Shown in pieces: positions 1-15,353 of a DNA stretch of 64,000 nucleotides. Origin of the DNA: Eledone cirrhosa (taxonomy: Eukaryota). The translations under genes and the position numbers were made by a program. Location: the NCBI GenBank assembly GCA_964016885.1, contig OZ024740.1:335792001-335856000 (forward strand), in the 5' to 3' direction. Numbering within the stretch: position 1 is the stretch's first letter; each line of letters begins with the position of its first letter. Below the pieces are notes generated by a model that had not been told where the DNA came from, did no database searches, and was given only the letters and a program-made list of their open reading frames with translations.

Positions 1-69
1 TATTCTAAGGGACCCGTATCTTAACAACTACTACCTGTCAAATATAGGCAAACAAAAAGGGGGAGCAAG

Positions 70-1040
70 ATAAGTCAGCGTTAATATCATGCCATAAGGA
101 GAAAGACAGAAAGAAGGGAGAAGAGAAGGAAGAAAAGGAAAAAGAAGAAAAGTCAGGGTTGATGGCTACAAGAAGAAAGATAGAAAGAAAGAGGAAGAAA
201 GGTCGATATTAATGTCAACCACAGTCAGGCCAGGAATAGCGCGAAAAAAGTATTTTCAAAGGGATCCGTATCTTAGCAGAGGTAAATATAGTGGGGGTCT
301 GTATGTTATAATGTGTGAGCAGAAGATTGGAACGTTACAATTCTGTTTAGACTTATAGGGTGAAGTTAAAAAATAATCTTTAATATTAACATTATAAAAT
401 TAAAGAAATTAGAAAATTGACAACCTTGTACAGCCTAACGATGCGGGTTGACATCCTGCTGGCGCACCTGAAACCTGTTATACATCCCTAGAGTGCTCGG
501 AAAAATCGATTTCCATATCTTTCGCTAGGCGATATCGCTCGGAGTGATGGGCTGCCCAAACTTGCAGTCGCCGCATGCTGTTTGACGGCTAAACAAAGAC
601 ATAATCTTTACTCTATAATAAAATTTAAGTGTCTTCATAAAAGACTCTTTCTTTGTTTAAACCCCGCAACCTTAAAAATGTTAAACTGTTTAACTTTCTA
701 ATTTCTTTAATTTTATAATGTTAATATTAAATACTAATTTTTTAACTTGACCCTATAAGTCTAAACAAAATTGTAACGTTCCAATCTTCTGCTCACACAT
801 TATAACATACAGACCCCCACTATATTTACCTCTGCTAAGATACAGGTACCTTTGAAAATATTTTTTCGCGCCATTCCTTGCCTGACTGTGGTTGACATTA
901 ATATCGACCTTTCTTCCTCTTTCTTTCTATCTTTCTTCTTGTAGCCATCAACCCTGACTTTTCTTCTTTTTCCTTTTCTTCCTTCTCTTCTCCCTTCTTT
1001 CTGTCTTTCTCCTCATGGCATGATATTAACGCTGACTTAT
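70..1040. repeat. Fold-back inverted repeat (~350-bp arms, ~270-bp spacer) of a Penelope-like/HHR-bearing element
   Basis: 70-420 is the reverse complement of ~690-1040 (ATAAGTCAGCGTTAATATCATGCC / GGCATGATATTAACGCTGACTTAT) with scattered mismatches. Confidence 0.9.
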
Positions 1041-1100
1041 TAGGGATTAAACTGTTTCGCCCTGAGTGTGGTACTAGGTGTTTGTCGCATTTAATCAGAT

Positions 1101-1182
1101 TCTCTCGCTGATGATGCCCATGGATTATCTGTTACAAACACACTCAGGGCGAAACAGATTAATCCCTAATCTGTCGGAGAGA
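1101..1182 (+). ncRNA. Type I hammerhead ribozyme
   Basis: TCTCTC(G)-CTGATGA-T-GCCC..GGGC-GAAAC-AGATTA atccc TAATCT-GTC-(G)GAGAGA. Core and GUC site intact; the first pair of stem I is a G.G mismatch. Confidence 0.85.
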
Positions 1183-1413
1183 TATAATTGTTATTGAGGC
1201 GGTTTGTATAATATAATTTTATTTTATTTTATTTTATCATTCTGTCTGCTTCATGGTTAAATATTTCAAACAAAGGTGGTCTTTCAACCCTCGTAATATT
1301 AGACACACTATTTACTGTGTTTCTTACTACATATATATTATTATATATATATATATATATATGCAGTGTATATATATATATATATACATACATATATATA
1401 GAGTGTATATATA

Positions 1414-1473
<60 letters not shown>

Positions 1474-1485
1474 TGTATATATACA

Positions 1486-1539
<54 letters not shown>

Positions 1540-1682
1540 AGCAAGAATGAGGGGGTAATTCTACTGATATGGCTTAAAAAAGAGGCTGTTTGCATATTCC
1601 AAACGAATCGAATATTATTGTTAATATTCGAAAAATTCATATACATATATATATATATATTATATATATATATACATATATA

Positions 1683-1798
<116 letters not shown>

Positions 1799-1830
1799 GG
1801 GCGGGGTTGTATAAGTGGGTGGTTACTTAC

Positions 1831-1913
<83 letters not shown>

Positions 1914-2085
1914 TACATAGACATATATATACATATCCTCATTTTATCACGAGCACTCTATCTCAAAATTAAAAACTTAAAACTAAAACTCAATACTAAT
2001 ACTTATTACTAATTTATACTTATTCCTAATTAAACTATTTTTCACTGGGAAAAATTTGTCAGCATTTTCTTTTCCTTTTTACTAA

Positions 2086-3754
<1,669 letters not shown>

Positions 3755-3818
3755 ATATATATATTAAAAAATAGATGTGTGACACACCTCTATTTTTTAA
3801 AATATATATATATTTATA

Positions 3819-3942
<124 letters not shown>

Positions 3943-4568
3943 TGTGTGTGTGTGTGTAAACGAAATTCCACAAGCTAAATTCCCTCTTTCCTCCCACTCA
4001 CACGCTTAACTTCCTCTCTCACCCATTCACCCTTTCTACGCTACCACACCACACTCTACCACCCCGCTACAACTATCACCTACCCTTCCACCTCACCACC
4101 ATCACTCTCACCTCTTACCACCCACTTCACCCCCAACGACCCAAATATGAGCATCCCACAAAGTGTTGTCACCCTTCGTCCCCCCACTAAACCCTCCACC
4201 ATTACCCTCATGTATCTTGCCGAGCAGTCCCTCACCCTCAACTGCTTTTCCCTCTCGTGCGATTTCTAAAACGATCGTTTGAGAAAGAAAAGAATATCTA
4301 AAATGGTCATGAAAGAAGGGACTGATGAATATCTTACTTCCCTTTTCTTATTCATTCATTGTTTAACAGGATAAATCAAACTGCATACTCTTTGAATACC
4401 CAACGATATATACCACAATGTCATCTTAACACAAAATGGATAACATTCTGCTACGATTGTATAATCACATCAACAGTACACGGAGTTCTAATATGATCCT
4501 ACCCTTTCTAGGTACAATACTTATATCTATCTATCTATCTACATATATATATATACATATATATGTGA

Positions 4569-4600
<32 letters not shown>

Positions 4601-4634
4601 CTGTGTGTGTATGTGTGTGTCTGTGCGTGTCTGT

Positions 4635-4703
<69 letters not shown>

Positions 4704-5014
4704 TGTGTGTGTGTCTGTGTGTGTCTGTGTGTGTCTGTATGTGTCTGTATGTGTCTGTGTGTGTGTGTCTGTATGTGTCTGTGTGTGTGTCTGTGTGTGT
4801 ATGTCTGTGGGTGTGTGTGTATCTTTAGATTTACGTGATATATAGTAAGGAAATTCTCCTGGGGTGGACATCCATGTTCTCACAAAAAGATTTACGTTGC
4901 TGGAAGCTCATTTATTTTGTTAAGCCCTTGTTGGAACTCTTAAACAATGATTAAGCAATTGTGCACATATACATAAATGTGTACGCTGTTATACATATAT
5001 GCGTAGCTTCTGGA

Positions 5015-5069
<55 letters not shown>

Positions 5070-5573
5070 GTTTACATAATATAATATTTTAGATGATATT
5101 TAAATTGTTTCCTTCAACCACATAGAAGTTTGTAGCTATTATGTTTAACTTGCTGTCATATAAATCATACGAAACAACATAATATTGTGTGAGGTCGGGC
5201 AATATTTTCAACGGAGATTAATTAGCTATGGGAAGTGTTGGTTAATGAAATCACCTGCACGGAGATGCAATTTTTCTCATAAGTTGCTCGTGATATGTGT
5301 AACCATGGCAGCAGGAAGTCATTTATAGTGAAACTCTGACATCATAATGTCATATTTGTGTAGATTTACGTACGCAGAAAGTATTAACTCATAAATAGAA
5401 AGTACGTAAACACAATAGCGACACAAAAATGTCCATACCCATAGAGATATAAAACGGCTTTTGCATCGACACAGGACGAAACCCATATAAAGGTGTGTCT
5501 TACTATAAATATATATACGTATATATCTGTGTGCATGTATGTGTGCATTTACACACACACACACATATATATG

Positions 5574-5611
<38 letters not shown>

Positions 5612-5652
5612 AAGAAACGGTGAATCAGTGGTGCGATGAATCAAACTTTATT

Positions 5653-5749
5653 AGACATATTACAATCGTTTCTCTGGCGACCAGCTCGAGGCACGATCGA
5701 TGGAATGATCGAACCTGACTCTGAAATCACAAGATCCTCAGATACGTCT
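5653..5749 (-). ncRNA. Type I hammerhead ribozyme with long stem II
   Basis: Reverse complement: AGACGTAT-CTGAGGA-TCT..AGA-GAAAC-GATT-GTA-ATATGTCT. 8-bp stem I, self-complementary stem III, GUA site. Confidence 0.85.
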
Positions 5750-5803
5750 CGATTCTTCGAATCAGAGTTTCCAAATGTCCAGTTACTCCAATTATATGTA
5801 TTA

Positions 5804-5915
<112 letters not shown>

Positions 5916-6056
5916 GCAAGCAAAAGGGATATTCAATTTGTTGGTAATTCAACAAATATAAATGATTATAACTGATTCAGAGCACTCGACAGTTTTTCTG
6001 GAGTATAATATTCAATGATATTAAATAAATGGAAACTATATTTATAAAACCATATT

Positions 6057-6117
6057 TATTCTATTATATATATTTCAAGGGTACCAAAACTTCGGAACGC
6101 TTTCATCAGATCAAATA
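6057..6117 (-). ncRNA. Minimal type I hammerhead (left arm of palindrome)
   Basis: Reverse complement of the motif at 6256-6316. Confidence 0.65.
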
Positions 6118-6255
6118 CAAAGTTTGTTTTATAAATTTTGACATAACCAAGAAAAGATACCGTAACGGTTCAAGTTATCCTTGGATAGTCAAGGATAACT
6201 TGAACCGTTAAGGTATATTTTCTTGGTTATGTCAAAATTGATAAAATAAACTTTG

Positions 6256-6316
6256 TATTTGATCTGATGAAAGCGTTCCGAAGTTTTGGTACCCTTGAAA
6301 TATATATAATAGAATA
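6256..6316 (+). ncRNA. Minimal type I hammerhead (right arm of palindrome)
   Basis: TATTTGAT-CTGATGA-AAGCGTTCC..GGTACCCTT-GAAA-TATATA-TA-ATAGAATA. Palindromic stem III, AUA site, imperfect stem II. Confidence 0.65.
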
Positions 6317-6380
6317 AATATGGTTTTATAAATATAGTTTCCATTTATTTAATATCATTGTATATATATATATATATATA

Positions 6381-6544
6381 TACCGTATTTTCCGTGCTTA
6401 CCATTACACGTCCTCGAGGACGTACCCTAATTTTGACGATAAAAAATTTGAAAAAAATAAACAACCTTCGGTCTCCAGGACGTATGGTAGATTTTTTAGA
6501 CTTATTTTGGGGGAAAGTAGCGTCTTGGACGCCGGGATGTACGC

Positions 6545-6547
<3 letters not shown>
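6381..6547. mobile_element. Possible pogo/Tigger-like MITE relic in (TA)n
   Basis: Ends TACCGTATTTTCCG.. and ..GCGTCTTGGACGCCGGGATGTACGCTA resemble degenerate Tigger-type TIRs; TA flanks. Confidence 0.4.
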
Positions 6548-6592
<45 letters not shown>

Positions 6593-6596
<4 letters not shown>

Positions 6597-7574
6597 ATGA
6601 GAAGAATGAATACTGCGTGGTTGCACATGGGTTACATATGATAAAAATAGTCCTTCATCAGTGATTTTCCAACCTTCATTGGTATTTCATCGCTTTAAAA
6701 ATCATATACCTACAGTTGGTGCGAGCAATAGCTAAATAAGGCTATTGGGACATGTAAATCGCGTAAAGCGAGCGAAACAAGTAAACAAACGCAAAGATAG
6801 AAAAAAACAAGCACATGGAGTCCGATCAGCTTAAGCTGTGTGGATTTCATGGGCGATAGACAACAGACCGTGCGACGCGAGTGAGGTGTGAGCAAGAAAG
6901 GACCCCACTTCAGGCCAAACGGGATGAAGTGAGAAGGGAAGAAGCAGAGAGTGAGTGAGTGGAAGTGCGAGGAAGAGGCCAGTCGAGAGAAAGTGTAACT
7001 GACAGAGGGGCGAAAGAAGGTGAGAGAAACAGAGAGAGGGGGAAGCAGTAAGAGAGAAACAGACAAACGCAGCTGGGGAAAATATATATAAAAAACATGA
7101 GAAGAATGAATACTGCGTGGTTGCACATGGGTTACATATGATAAAAATAGTCCTTCATCAGTGATTTTCCAACCTTCATTGGTATTTCATCGCTTTAAAA
7201 ATCATATACCTCCAGTTGGTGCGAGCAATAGCTAAATAAAGCTATTGGGACAAGTAAATAGCGTAAAGCGAGTGAGACAAGTAAACAAACATAGGAGGAT
7301 AGCAAAGCAAAGAGGGGGAAAAACAAGCACATGGAGTCCGATCAGCTTAAGCTGTGTGGATTTCATGGACCAGAGACAACAGACCGTGCGAGGCGAGTGA
7401 GATGTGAGCAAGAAAGGACCCCACTTCAGGCCAAACGGGAGGAAGTGAGAAGGGGAGAAGCAGAGAGTGAGTGAGTGGAAGTGCGAAGAAGAGGCCAGTT
7501 GAGAGAAAGTGTAACTGACAGAGGGGGCGAAAGACGGTGAGAGAAACAGAGAGTGGGGGGAAGCAGTAAGAGAG

Positions 7575-7577
<3 letters not shown>
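6593..7577 (-). repeat. Tandem dimer of a 500-bp non-coding unit between (TA)n tracts
   Basis: AAACATGAGAAGAATG at 6593 and 7093. Each unit has CTGATGA on the minus strand but no closing GAAA. Confidence 0.9.
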
Positions 7578-7608
<31 letters not shown>

Positions 7609-7669
7609 ATAATAATAAATGTGAAGACTAAAATCCAAAGAGAGATCGATAAGGATAAATATATATCAA

Positions 7670-7701
<32 letters not shown>

Positions 7702-7767
7702 AAGAGAGAGATTGCTACATACAACCTGAAATTGTTAGGCCTTCATACACTCTCTAGGCAATCATCG

Positions 7768-7984
7768 GTTTCTGATTTAGGCACAAGGCGAACATTCTTG
7801 GTGGGAAGGGGCAAGTCGACCAAATTGACACCAGTGCATTACTGATGCTTTATTTTATCGATCCCGTAAGCATGAAACTCAAAGCTAACCTCGGTGAGAT
7901 TTGAAATCAGAATGTAAAGAGACGTAACTCTGTGCCGAAAAGCATGTTGTCTGACGCTCTACCGATACTGTCAATCCCTCACCC
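7768..7984 (-). mobile_element. tRNA-derived SINE (octopus-type family)
   Basis: Reverse complement of the A-box/B-box head, the TTTCATCC..GGTCGATAAAATAAAG core and the CCTTGTGCCTAAATCAGAAAC tail shared with the other copies. Confidence 0.8.
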
Positions 7985-8039
7985 TTTTTTCAAATATATA
8001 TATTGAAACAACAAACAAGAGAACAAAGTTAATATAATT

Positions 8040-8630
8040 ATATGAACATGAATGTTAGAAGTATCAACGCTGTTTGACTATATAAATCCATGAGAGGGGA
8101 AATCGTGTATAGCTCCACCCGTTGGAGTCGAACCTACACCTGTAATATACCGTTTTACCGTGCTTACCATTACCCTAAAGCAACTTAGTATGATTACTGT
8201 TGAAACGGTACATAGCAGGCGTTGGATCGAGCCCTACGGGCGGCGCTGTACAATTTTATTTCCGTCTCCAGGGTTTATATGTCCAATTTATTAGACTATT
8301 TTTCATATTCAAACAACGTTGAATATTTTAACTTCCAAATTCAAAACTTCCAATCACTCAGCATTACTAAAATTAGTTCTTTACATATATACTGCCTGAT
8401 TAATACTTATTAATAAAACGGAAACATTTGTCTGTGGCGCTTTTGTTTAATGGTTAGCACTATGAAACGGTATGTTTGTAAGTGTGGTTTTCTTGTTCAA
8501 CGGGTGGAGCTGTGCAATTTGTTTCCCTCTCCAGGGTTTATATGCACAACGTAAACTATATTTCATAGTCAAACACCGTTGATGCTTCTAACTTTCAAAC
8601 TCCAAATATCCTATCGCTCAATGGTTCAGT
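8040..8630. mobile_element. Cluster of three copies of a second tRNA-derived SINE (8040-8175 -, ~8200-8365 +, ~8435-8630 +)
   Basis: TAATGGTAAGCAC..GGTTCGACTCCAACGGGTGGAGCT head with A/B boxes and a shared body TCAAACA.CGTTGAT.CTTCTAAC. Confidence 0.65.
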
Positions 8631-9561
8631 ATAATTATGCTTCGGAAGTAGAAATCACAATAAGGACAATTTTCGTTCGTCAAAAGAATAAAAGAAAACT
8701 CGACAGAAAATACTGGGTTAGGAATGCAGCATGTTTTTGTGACAGCAGGAAGAGTGTAAATAAATAGAGATACTTTCAGTGGAGGAAACAGAGTGTGAAG
8801 TAAAAGAAATAAGCGTAATAGCAGTGGGCGGACAAAGTGAAGTCAGCTTTATATGAGGTTTTCTTATATATGTGTGACAAAAGTAGGCTCGTGGAAAATG
8901 TGTGATGTATGTGAGTCAATAGGGAGTTAGATGTGTAAGCTCGGTTATGACCAAAAGTGTGTATGTATGTTACAGTGCAGTATATGATAAGAAAGGCATT
9001 ATGTTAGTAGTTAGTATGAGCAAGTCGTCTTAGTGTTTGGGTGGAGATGGGTTATGAAGTGTGTATAAGCATATGTATAAAGAACTTTGAATGCCTATGT
9101 CGATATTTGTGCTTCAGCAATAGCGAGGATATGTAAATGGTAGCATGAATAAGGAATATTGACAGAAAGATGTAGGGAATAAGTATGTGTTGATTGAAAT
9201 AAGATGTAATTATTATGTTCGATATGAGCAGGACTTCATCGTGAGTTGGGGTGAAACACGTGTATGTGGCTGCATTGGTAGAAGCGTGTGAGTAAAATGT
9301 ATGCGTTAGCATTTACTAGTGTATGCCTGGGTTGACAAGTGAAGCCAACTCAGTTATTTTTAAATGGAAATATATTTTTTATCATTACGAAGCCGATAAA
9401 TGGGTTTAATATTATTTATTACCCCTAAGATAGTATGATGCGGGTGGCAGTAGCCTGAGGAATTGAGGTTGCGGGTCACAAGCCACAGGGCTGAGAAATA
9501 TACCCCATACTACGATGTCCTACTCATGCAACACAGTACTATTGTTGTTATTATTATTGAA

Positions 9562-9785
9562 AGCAGTGGATTAACAGATTGGTAGAGCATCGTACAACAA
9601 TCTTTGCAGCATACATTTACGTCTATTTACGTTCTGAGTTCAAATTCCACCGAGGTTAGCTTTGTCTTTCATCCTTACGAGGTCGATAACATAAAGTACC
9701 ATTAACGCACTGGGTCGATTTAATCAATTTAACTCTCCCCAAAATTGTTGGCCTTGTGCCTAAATCAGAAACCATTATTGTTATT
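9562..9785 (+). mobile_element. tRNA-derived SINE (octopus-type family)
   Basis: B box GAGTTCAAATTCC, core CTTTCATCCTTACGAGGTCGATAA, TTA-rich tail. Confidence 0.85.
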
Positions 9786-11214
9786 ATTATGTTGCTGGTT
9801 TTGTATTCTTCTAGGCGTTATATTCCGATTTTTGCTATATTTTTGTATTCTTCCCCATCTTTCCATAAATGTGTTAATATCAACGCAACAGTACATGTCT
9901 GTGTCTTCGTCTGTTTATTTATTCATAAGATTGTGAATAAACAAATATTGACAGATAAATGATATCATGGCATCATTGTACTTTTGTAATGTTTTGTTTC
10001 ATTTCGTAACTTCGTACAACGCCTGTCATGGCGTCGGTTGTACATACTATTCCGTTCTTTCTGATGACGAATGAAATCCATAGTGTAAATCCTGAATAAA
10101 TTATACATTTAAAATAGGTTTATCAATATCGTGAAGCTGCTCCGTGCGCTGAAGGAAACAACTTACGCTAAAAATAGTAACGGCTTTGCTCTTTAATCCC
10201 ACACTACTATCTTCACAAAATGTCACGATGAATAATGTAATCCTTAATACTTAAAATACGCACAGTTGTAAAACCTTGTCACATTTATCTGCAGTGTTGG
10301 GGCTGATCTGTGGTTAAACAACAATAGCAACGCCATACTAATGAATACACAACAGCACATATTGACGAATAAATACGAAGGTCATCGATAAAATGAGCAT
10401 TGTGGAAGAGACATGGTAGCTAAGCAAAATTTGGATGATAAAAAATAGAATGAGTTACCCCATAAGAAACCGAAATAGTACTGATGTATCCATTAAATTC
10501 AAAATGCATATTAACAAAAAGCGAACTTGTGGAACTAAGTAAACACACAGATAAGATGACTGATAAATTCGAAACGGCAATACAATAGTTGAATAGTTTC
10601 AATATTACTAAAAATAAGAGTAATTGTAAGCTCACTGAATTTGATAATATACATGCCTCAATTTCCAAACCTCCAGGCCAAAAAGGCATTAAATATCTGG
10701 ATGAAACACCGTGTCAAAAGTTACAATTGTGTCAATATAATAACCAATGCACGGAACCCTATACTTTTCACCGAGTTCTTAAATTCTTTGAGACGATACA
10801 ACAATTTATTTAAGATCAGCAAGGATGGGAAGCTACGAGGGAGCTGAACTGTGTTACCTGATATGATTAAAATTATAATTATAAAACTGTATAGACATGA
10901 TACCCTTGAAGTCTATCATCTTTTAACTGGCGGTCAATAAAAATAGAGGAAATAAATATGTTTAGGCAAGACAAGTAGCATGTTTAATCGGTATGAGATA
11001 CCGTTTTACATTCTTAGTTTGTCGATATCCTCAAGTTATTTAGTACATTCAAATTTTTTCTCCAGCTAATGGGCGTAGGGGTATCGTCGTGAGACATGGT
11101 GTATCTTGTGGATGTTAAATCTAGCGAAACCCATTCCTCTCTCGGTTAAAACAGTCGATTTCTTTCAGCGAAGGAGAAAACTTGAAAGTGATAAATAGAG
11201 ATAGCAGAGGAACG

Positions 11215-11368
11215 CATACCAGTATTGTAGTGGCACTTCATTTATCAACCTCGAAAAAATGAAAAACAATGTGAAGCGCGGTGGGATATAAACTCAGAGC
11301 ACACTGAGCCGGAATATATAATGGGACATTCAATTCACTCTCTAACGTCTCTACCAATTAGCCGCCAG
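11215..11368 (-). mobile_element. Diverged SINE copy
   Basis: TTTATCAACCTCGAAAAAATGAAA..AACTCAG..CTCTACCAATTAGCCGCC matches the family in reverse complement. Confidence 0.6.
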
Positions 11369-13292
11369 AAGGAGCAAACTAAAGTAGATTGTAAAGTATC
11401 TATAAATGTCTGAAGAATAGAGCGAGATTTATATCTTAGAAATAATAAACATCCCTCCAGTGTGTAGACTTTGCTCTCAATCTCAACATGTATATAAAAA
11501 TAAATTAGCGGCAAATCAAAACCATGAATTTCACGGGAATTCTGAATGAGGAACAGAAATAGATGGATAATTTAGTTGATTATTTAAAGCAGGTTTGAAG
11601 ATGGAAACAGAAAGTCACCTGGTATCTGCTAAATCTCATACACTGAAGAATATATCGCGGAATAAAAAATATCTACTGCCTTGAAGCCTCTATTCTAATT
11701 CATGTTTAACTTGCAAAATGTTTACCCAGAATGATGACATATGATTAATTTGTCAAGAGTGCATCAGTTGTTTTAGATTTTTAATACAAAATATGAATGT
11801 CATTAATGCGAAATTGTTGTAGCATGGATCAAAAGGGTGATGGTAAACAACAGCAAATCAAAACCCTTTCAAGATCTTAACATCCAAACATATCAGGCCA
11901 TAGAACACAGAATAAATATTATTACGGTTGTCGGTAAAGAAACATATTAATGTTTCATATAATTGGAGCCCTTCATACTGACCAAATGGGTTTGGAAAAA
12001 TAATTAAGTTTCCTAACAAAACTGTGAGTCTTCATAAATATGGGTAAGAACAAATATAACACTAACAGTAGTGGGATCACTAGGCTCAAATCTCAAAAAG
12101 TTTCCATTCTCAAACTACAAATATAGACGAAAATAATCACCATAAAAAAACTGGATGATTCGTTTCTATGATTTTCTGAATTGATAGAGGGTAGGACAAA
12201 GCGTCTTGATTCCAAATCCTGCCAAGATAACTTTACCTTCAATCCTTGTATCAATCCCAAGTACTGAGATTGATATAATAGACTGTGCGTATTTATTAAA
12301 TGCATTTTTTTATCTATATGGTAAGAATCAATAATTTAAGGTGAATAATTGTTGCTGAAGTCTCAAAACTGGAAGTTAGATAACTTTGTTAATCTCCCAG
12401 TAACCAATACCATCACTGTATTTATAAATATGAACAAATAATTATTTCTAGCAAACAAGAATACAAATGTGTGTGAATGGCTGTGGTAGATTGAATTGTC
12501 TCCAATGCATTACTTACGAGTATATTTGTTTGTATCAATCCACAAGCTGAACCCAACCGCATATGAACTCACAACATAAAACGGAAAAATTAAATACTGC
12601 CTTGCATTTAGAGTAGCAACCTACTATTTCTGCCACTCTGCAATAACAATAATCAAGTATATATGATCTATAGGAGACGAATCCTACAATGTCATTGGAA
12701 CAATGATAAAGGAGACGCAGAAAGTAGAGATCACTAGTAATGAATATAGATTACATGCTTTAGAATGCAGAGAAATATCATAGGAAGAATATAAATGGAT
12801 TAAGAAAGCTGGATGAATAAGAAAGCGATAGTGACCTAAAAAGATTACCATCATTAAGGAGAATCGGGAACTGATTATTATATATGGCAGTGAGAAAAGT
12901 TAATGATATTCTGACAAAAATACAAGAATATATATTGTCTTTGATAACAACAGACTGTTATATTGTGCAACGCTAGATGTCACAGAAGTTTTCGCTGTAG
13001 AATATAAAACCAAAAGATAAAATCAGAATTATAGTAGAAAGAAAGAGTAACATATTAGAATACGATACAAAAACCAATGGAAATCTATAGTAGCCTTTCT
13101 CGAACATCTAAAAGACAATACTCAAAGAAATATTTATGAGACATTACAATTCTGCTATGAATTAAGGCAAAATGCTGTATGGAATGAAATATAATAAATA
13201 CATAAAAAATAATGGTATAATTGGAAAACTTGATATATAAATATTTAGATAAAAAAATATGAATTTGAAAAAAATGCATGTTCAGAAATGAC

Positions 13293-13701
13293 GATTTCTG
13301 ATTTAGACACAGGGCCAGAAACTATTGAGGAGGGGAAAGTCGACTAAATCGAGGCCAGTGCGTGACTGGTACGTTATTTTATCGACCCAGTAAGGATGAA
13401 AGGCAAGATTTGAACTGAGAACTCTATGTCGCGAAGCATGGTGTCTGACGCTACACCGATACTGCCAATACCCCACCCATGTTCATAAATAATGGTTTCT
13501 TAATTAGGCACAAGGTCACCAATTTGGGGGAAGGGAAAGTCGATTAAATCGATCTTAGTGCGTGACTGGTACTTTATTTTATCGACCCCGTAAGGATGAA
13601 AGGCAATGTTAACCTCAGCGGAATTTGAACTCAGACTGGAAAGGGCCCTAACAAAGCATAGTGTCCAACGCTCTACCGATAATGCCAATCCACCACCCAT
13701 G
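13293..13701 (-). mobile_element. Two tandem SINE copies (13293-13481, 13494-13701)
   Basis: TTTTATCGACCCCGTAAGGATGAAAGGC and GCCAATCCACCACCC-like segments each occur twice. Confidence 0.85.
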
Positions 13702-14244
13702 TTCAGAAATAATAAAAATATTTTATCTATATCAGAAGTGTACTGAAGAATAAGACAACATAAAGTATTAAATATAGGTGAGTTCAAATAGTTCTGGTCA
13801 AACGTTCTAAGGAAAACATCTGACATACGAATTTTCCCCAAGAAAATAAAACATAATAAATAAATCATAGACATTGACAAAATGCCAGGAACTTTCGACA
13901 AGTGAATGCTGTTGACTACATCATAGCTAATACTTATTTTATAGAACCTAGAAGAACGAAAAGGCATTTGAGACCGGGGAGATTTAAAATCTAAACATGT
14001 CGAGACGTAAGCAAATAATACAACTTTTTTGTTCACCGTTCAACATATTTAGCCAATTACAAGCTTTAAAATTTACAAACACAAAATGAAGAAACAAAAC
14101 AAATGCAAATACTAAGCTGGGAAGACACGGGTCGTTGGAAAATTTAAAGTTATTAGCTGACAAAATTGACCACATCGCTCACACATGTACGAATAAACAT
14201 ACTCATGCGCACTGGCACAGACACACACATATATATATATATAT

Positions 14245-14283
<39 letters not shown>

Positions 14284-14289
14284 TACATA

Positions 14290-14845
14290 TAGTTCTATTA
14301 GGGTGTCTTGCAACTGATGGACTTTGAAAACTGGCGAGAATATATAGTTTTCTCGTCTGTGTAAATGAGGTGATTCACCCCTATTTTCAAAGTCCAGCAG
14401 TTGCAAGAGCGGAATGGATCGTCCTGATGTGGACCAGTTCAGTTCGAAAAGAATCGTCCATTGTCACCCTTGCTTTTTCTGCACACCGCCAGATGGCGGT
14501 AGCCGCCGGTATCTTTGCATTACTACGGCTTTCCAAATGTTTATTTATAAACATACCATATTTCTCTAGAAATACGAAATTCCAATACATATCCGTATAC
14601 AGCTATGCTCGAAGCTAAATTCTAATTCTAAATTCTACTCTATCATAAGTTGAGCCAACTTATACAGCTCCATATGCAAATGAAAGTATTCAGCTCATTT
14701 ACACAGACGAGAAAACTATATATTCTGGTCTGTTTTCAAAATCCAGCAATTGCAAAAGCAGATGGAATCGTCCCCTGATGAGTACTAGTTCTAAATGTTT
14801 AATTATAAACATACCGCATGTCTTTAGAAATAAGAAATACCAATA
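14290..14845. repeat. Direct (~350-bp period) plus inverted repeat mosaic between TA-rich tracts
   Basis: 14290-14373 is inverted relative to ~14690-14788; 14383-14440 repeats at ~14733-14791; 14535-14590 repeats at ~14793-14845. Confidence 0.75.
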
Positions 14846-14870
14846 TATATATATATATATATATATATGT

Positions 14871-15353
14871 GAAGTGGTTACACAACAGTTAGTTCACTAT
14901 ACCGAGAACAATTGTTTCACCTTACGGATCCTCAGCTCGTAATGGACATGGTTATACGGAACAGCTCCAGTTCGTATAAACCCATACTGACGTTGATGAG
15001 ACACAAAATTGTGTAGGACACGAGGATATAGAGAGCGCTCTCAGGGTAGTAAGCCAAACTCGCACGTGGTGAAGAATCTGCTAAAAGCCAAACTTCTACG
15101 TAGTGAAGAGAATCTGCCGACTGTTGCTGGAGACGTATATAGTGGTAGAACACAGGAAGGTAATATCCGTAGTGGTAGAGCACTCAGTCCATGGGACGAG
15201 TTAGGTAGAAGTGGTTACACAACAGTTAGTTCACCATACTGAGAACAATTGTTTCATCTTATCGTGAACTAACTGTTGCGTAACCACTTCTACGTAACTT
15301 GTCCCATGGACTGAGTGCTCTACCACTACGGATATTACCTTCCTCTGTTCTAC

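Larger units (their letters stand above)
6013..6360. repeat. Near-perfect palindrome (171-bp arms, 6-nt loop); each arm is an HHR-bearing unit
   Basis: Axis at 6184-6189 (ATCCTTG gatagt CAAGGAT); the right end abuts (TA)n. Confidence 0.95.

Noticed and set aside
8110-8175. tRNA gene
   Set aside because: A and B boxes are present but there is no clean cloverleaf, and it continues into a body shared by neighbouring copies, so it is a SINE head.
10055-10090. CTGATGA..GAAA (other isolated cores at 4322, 23399, 46068)
   Set aside because: No supporting stems; expected by chance.
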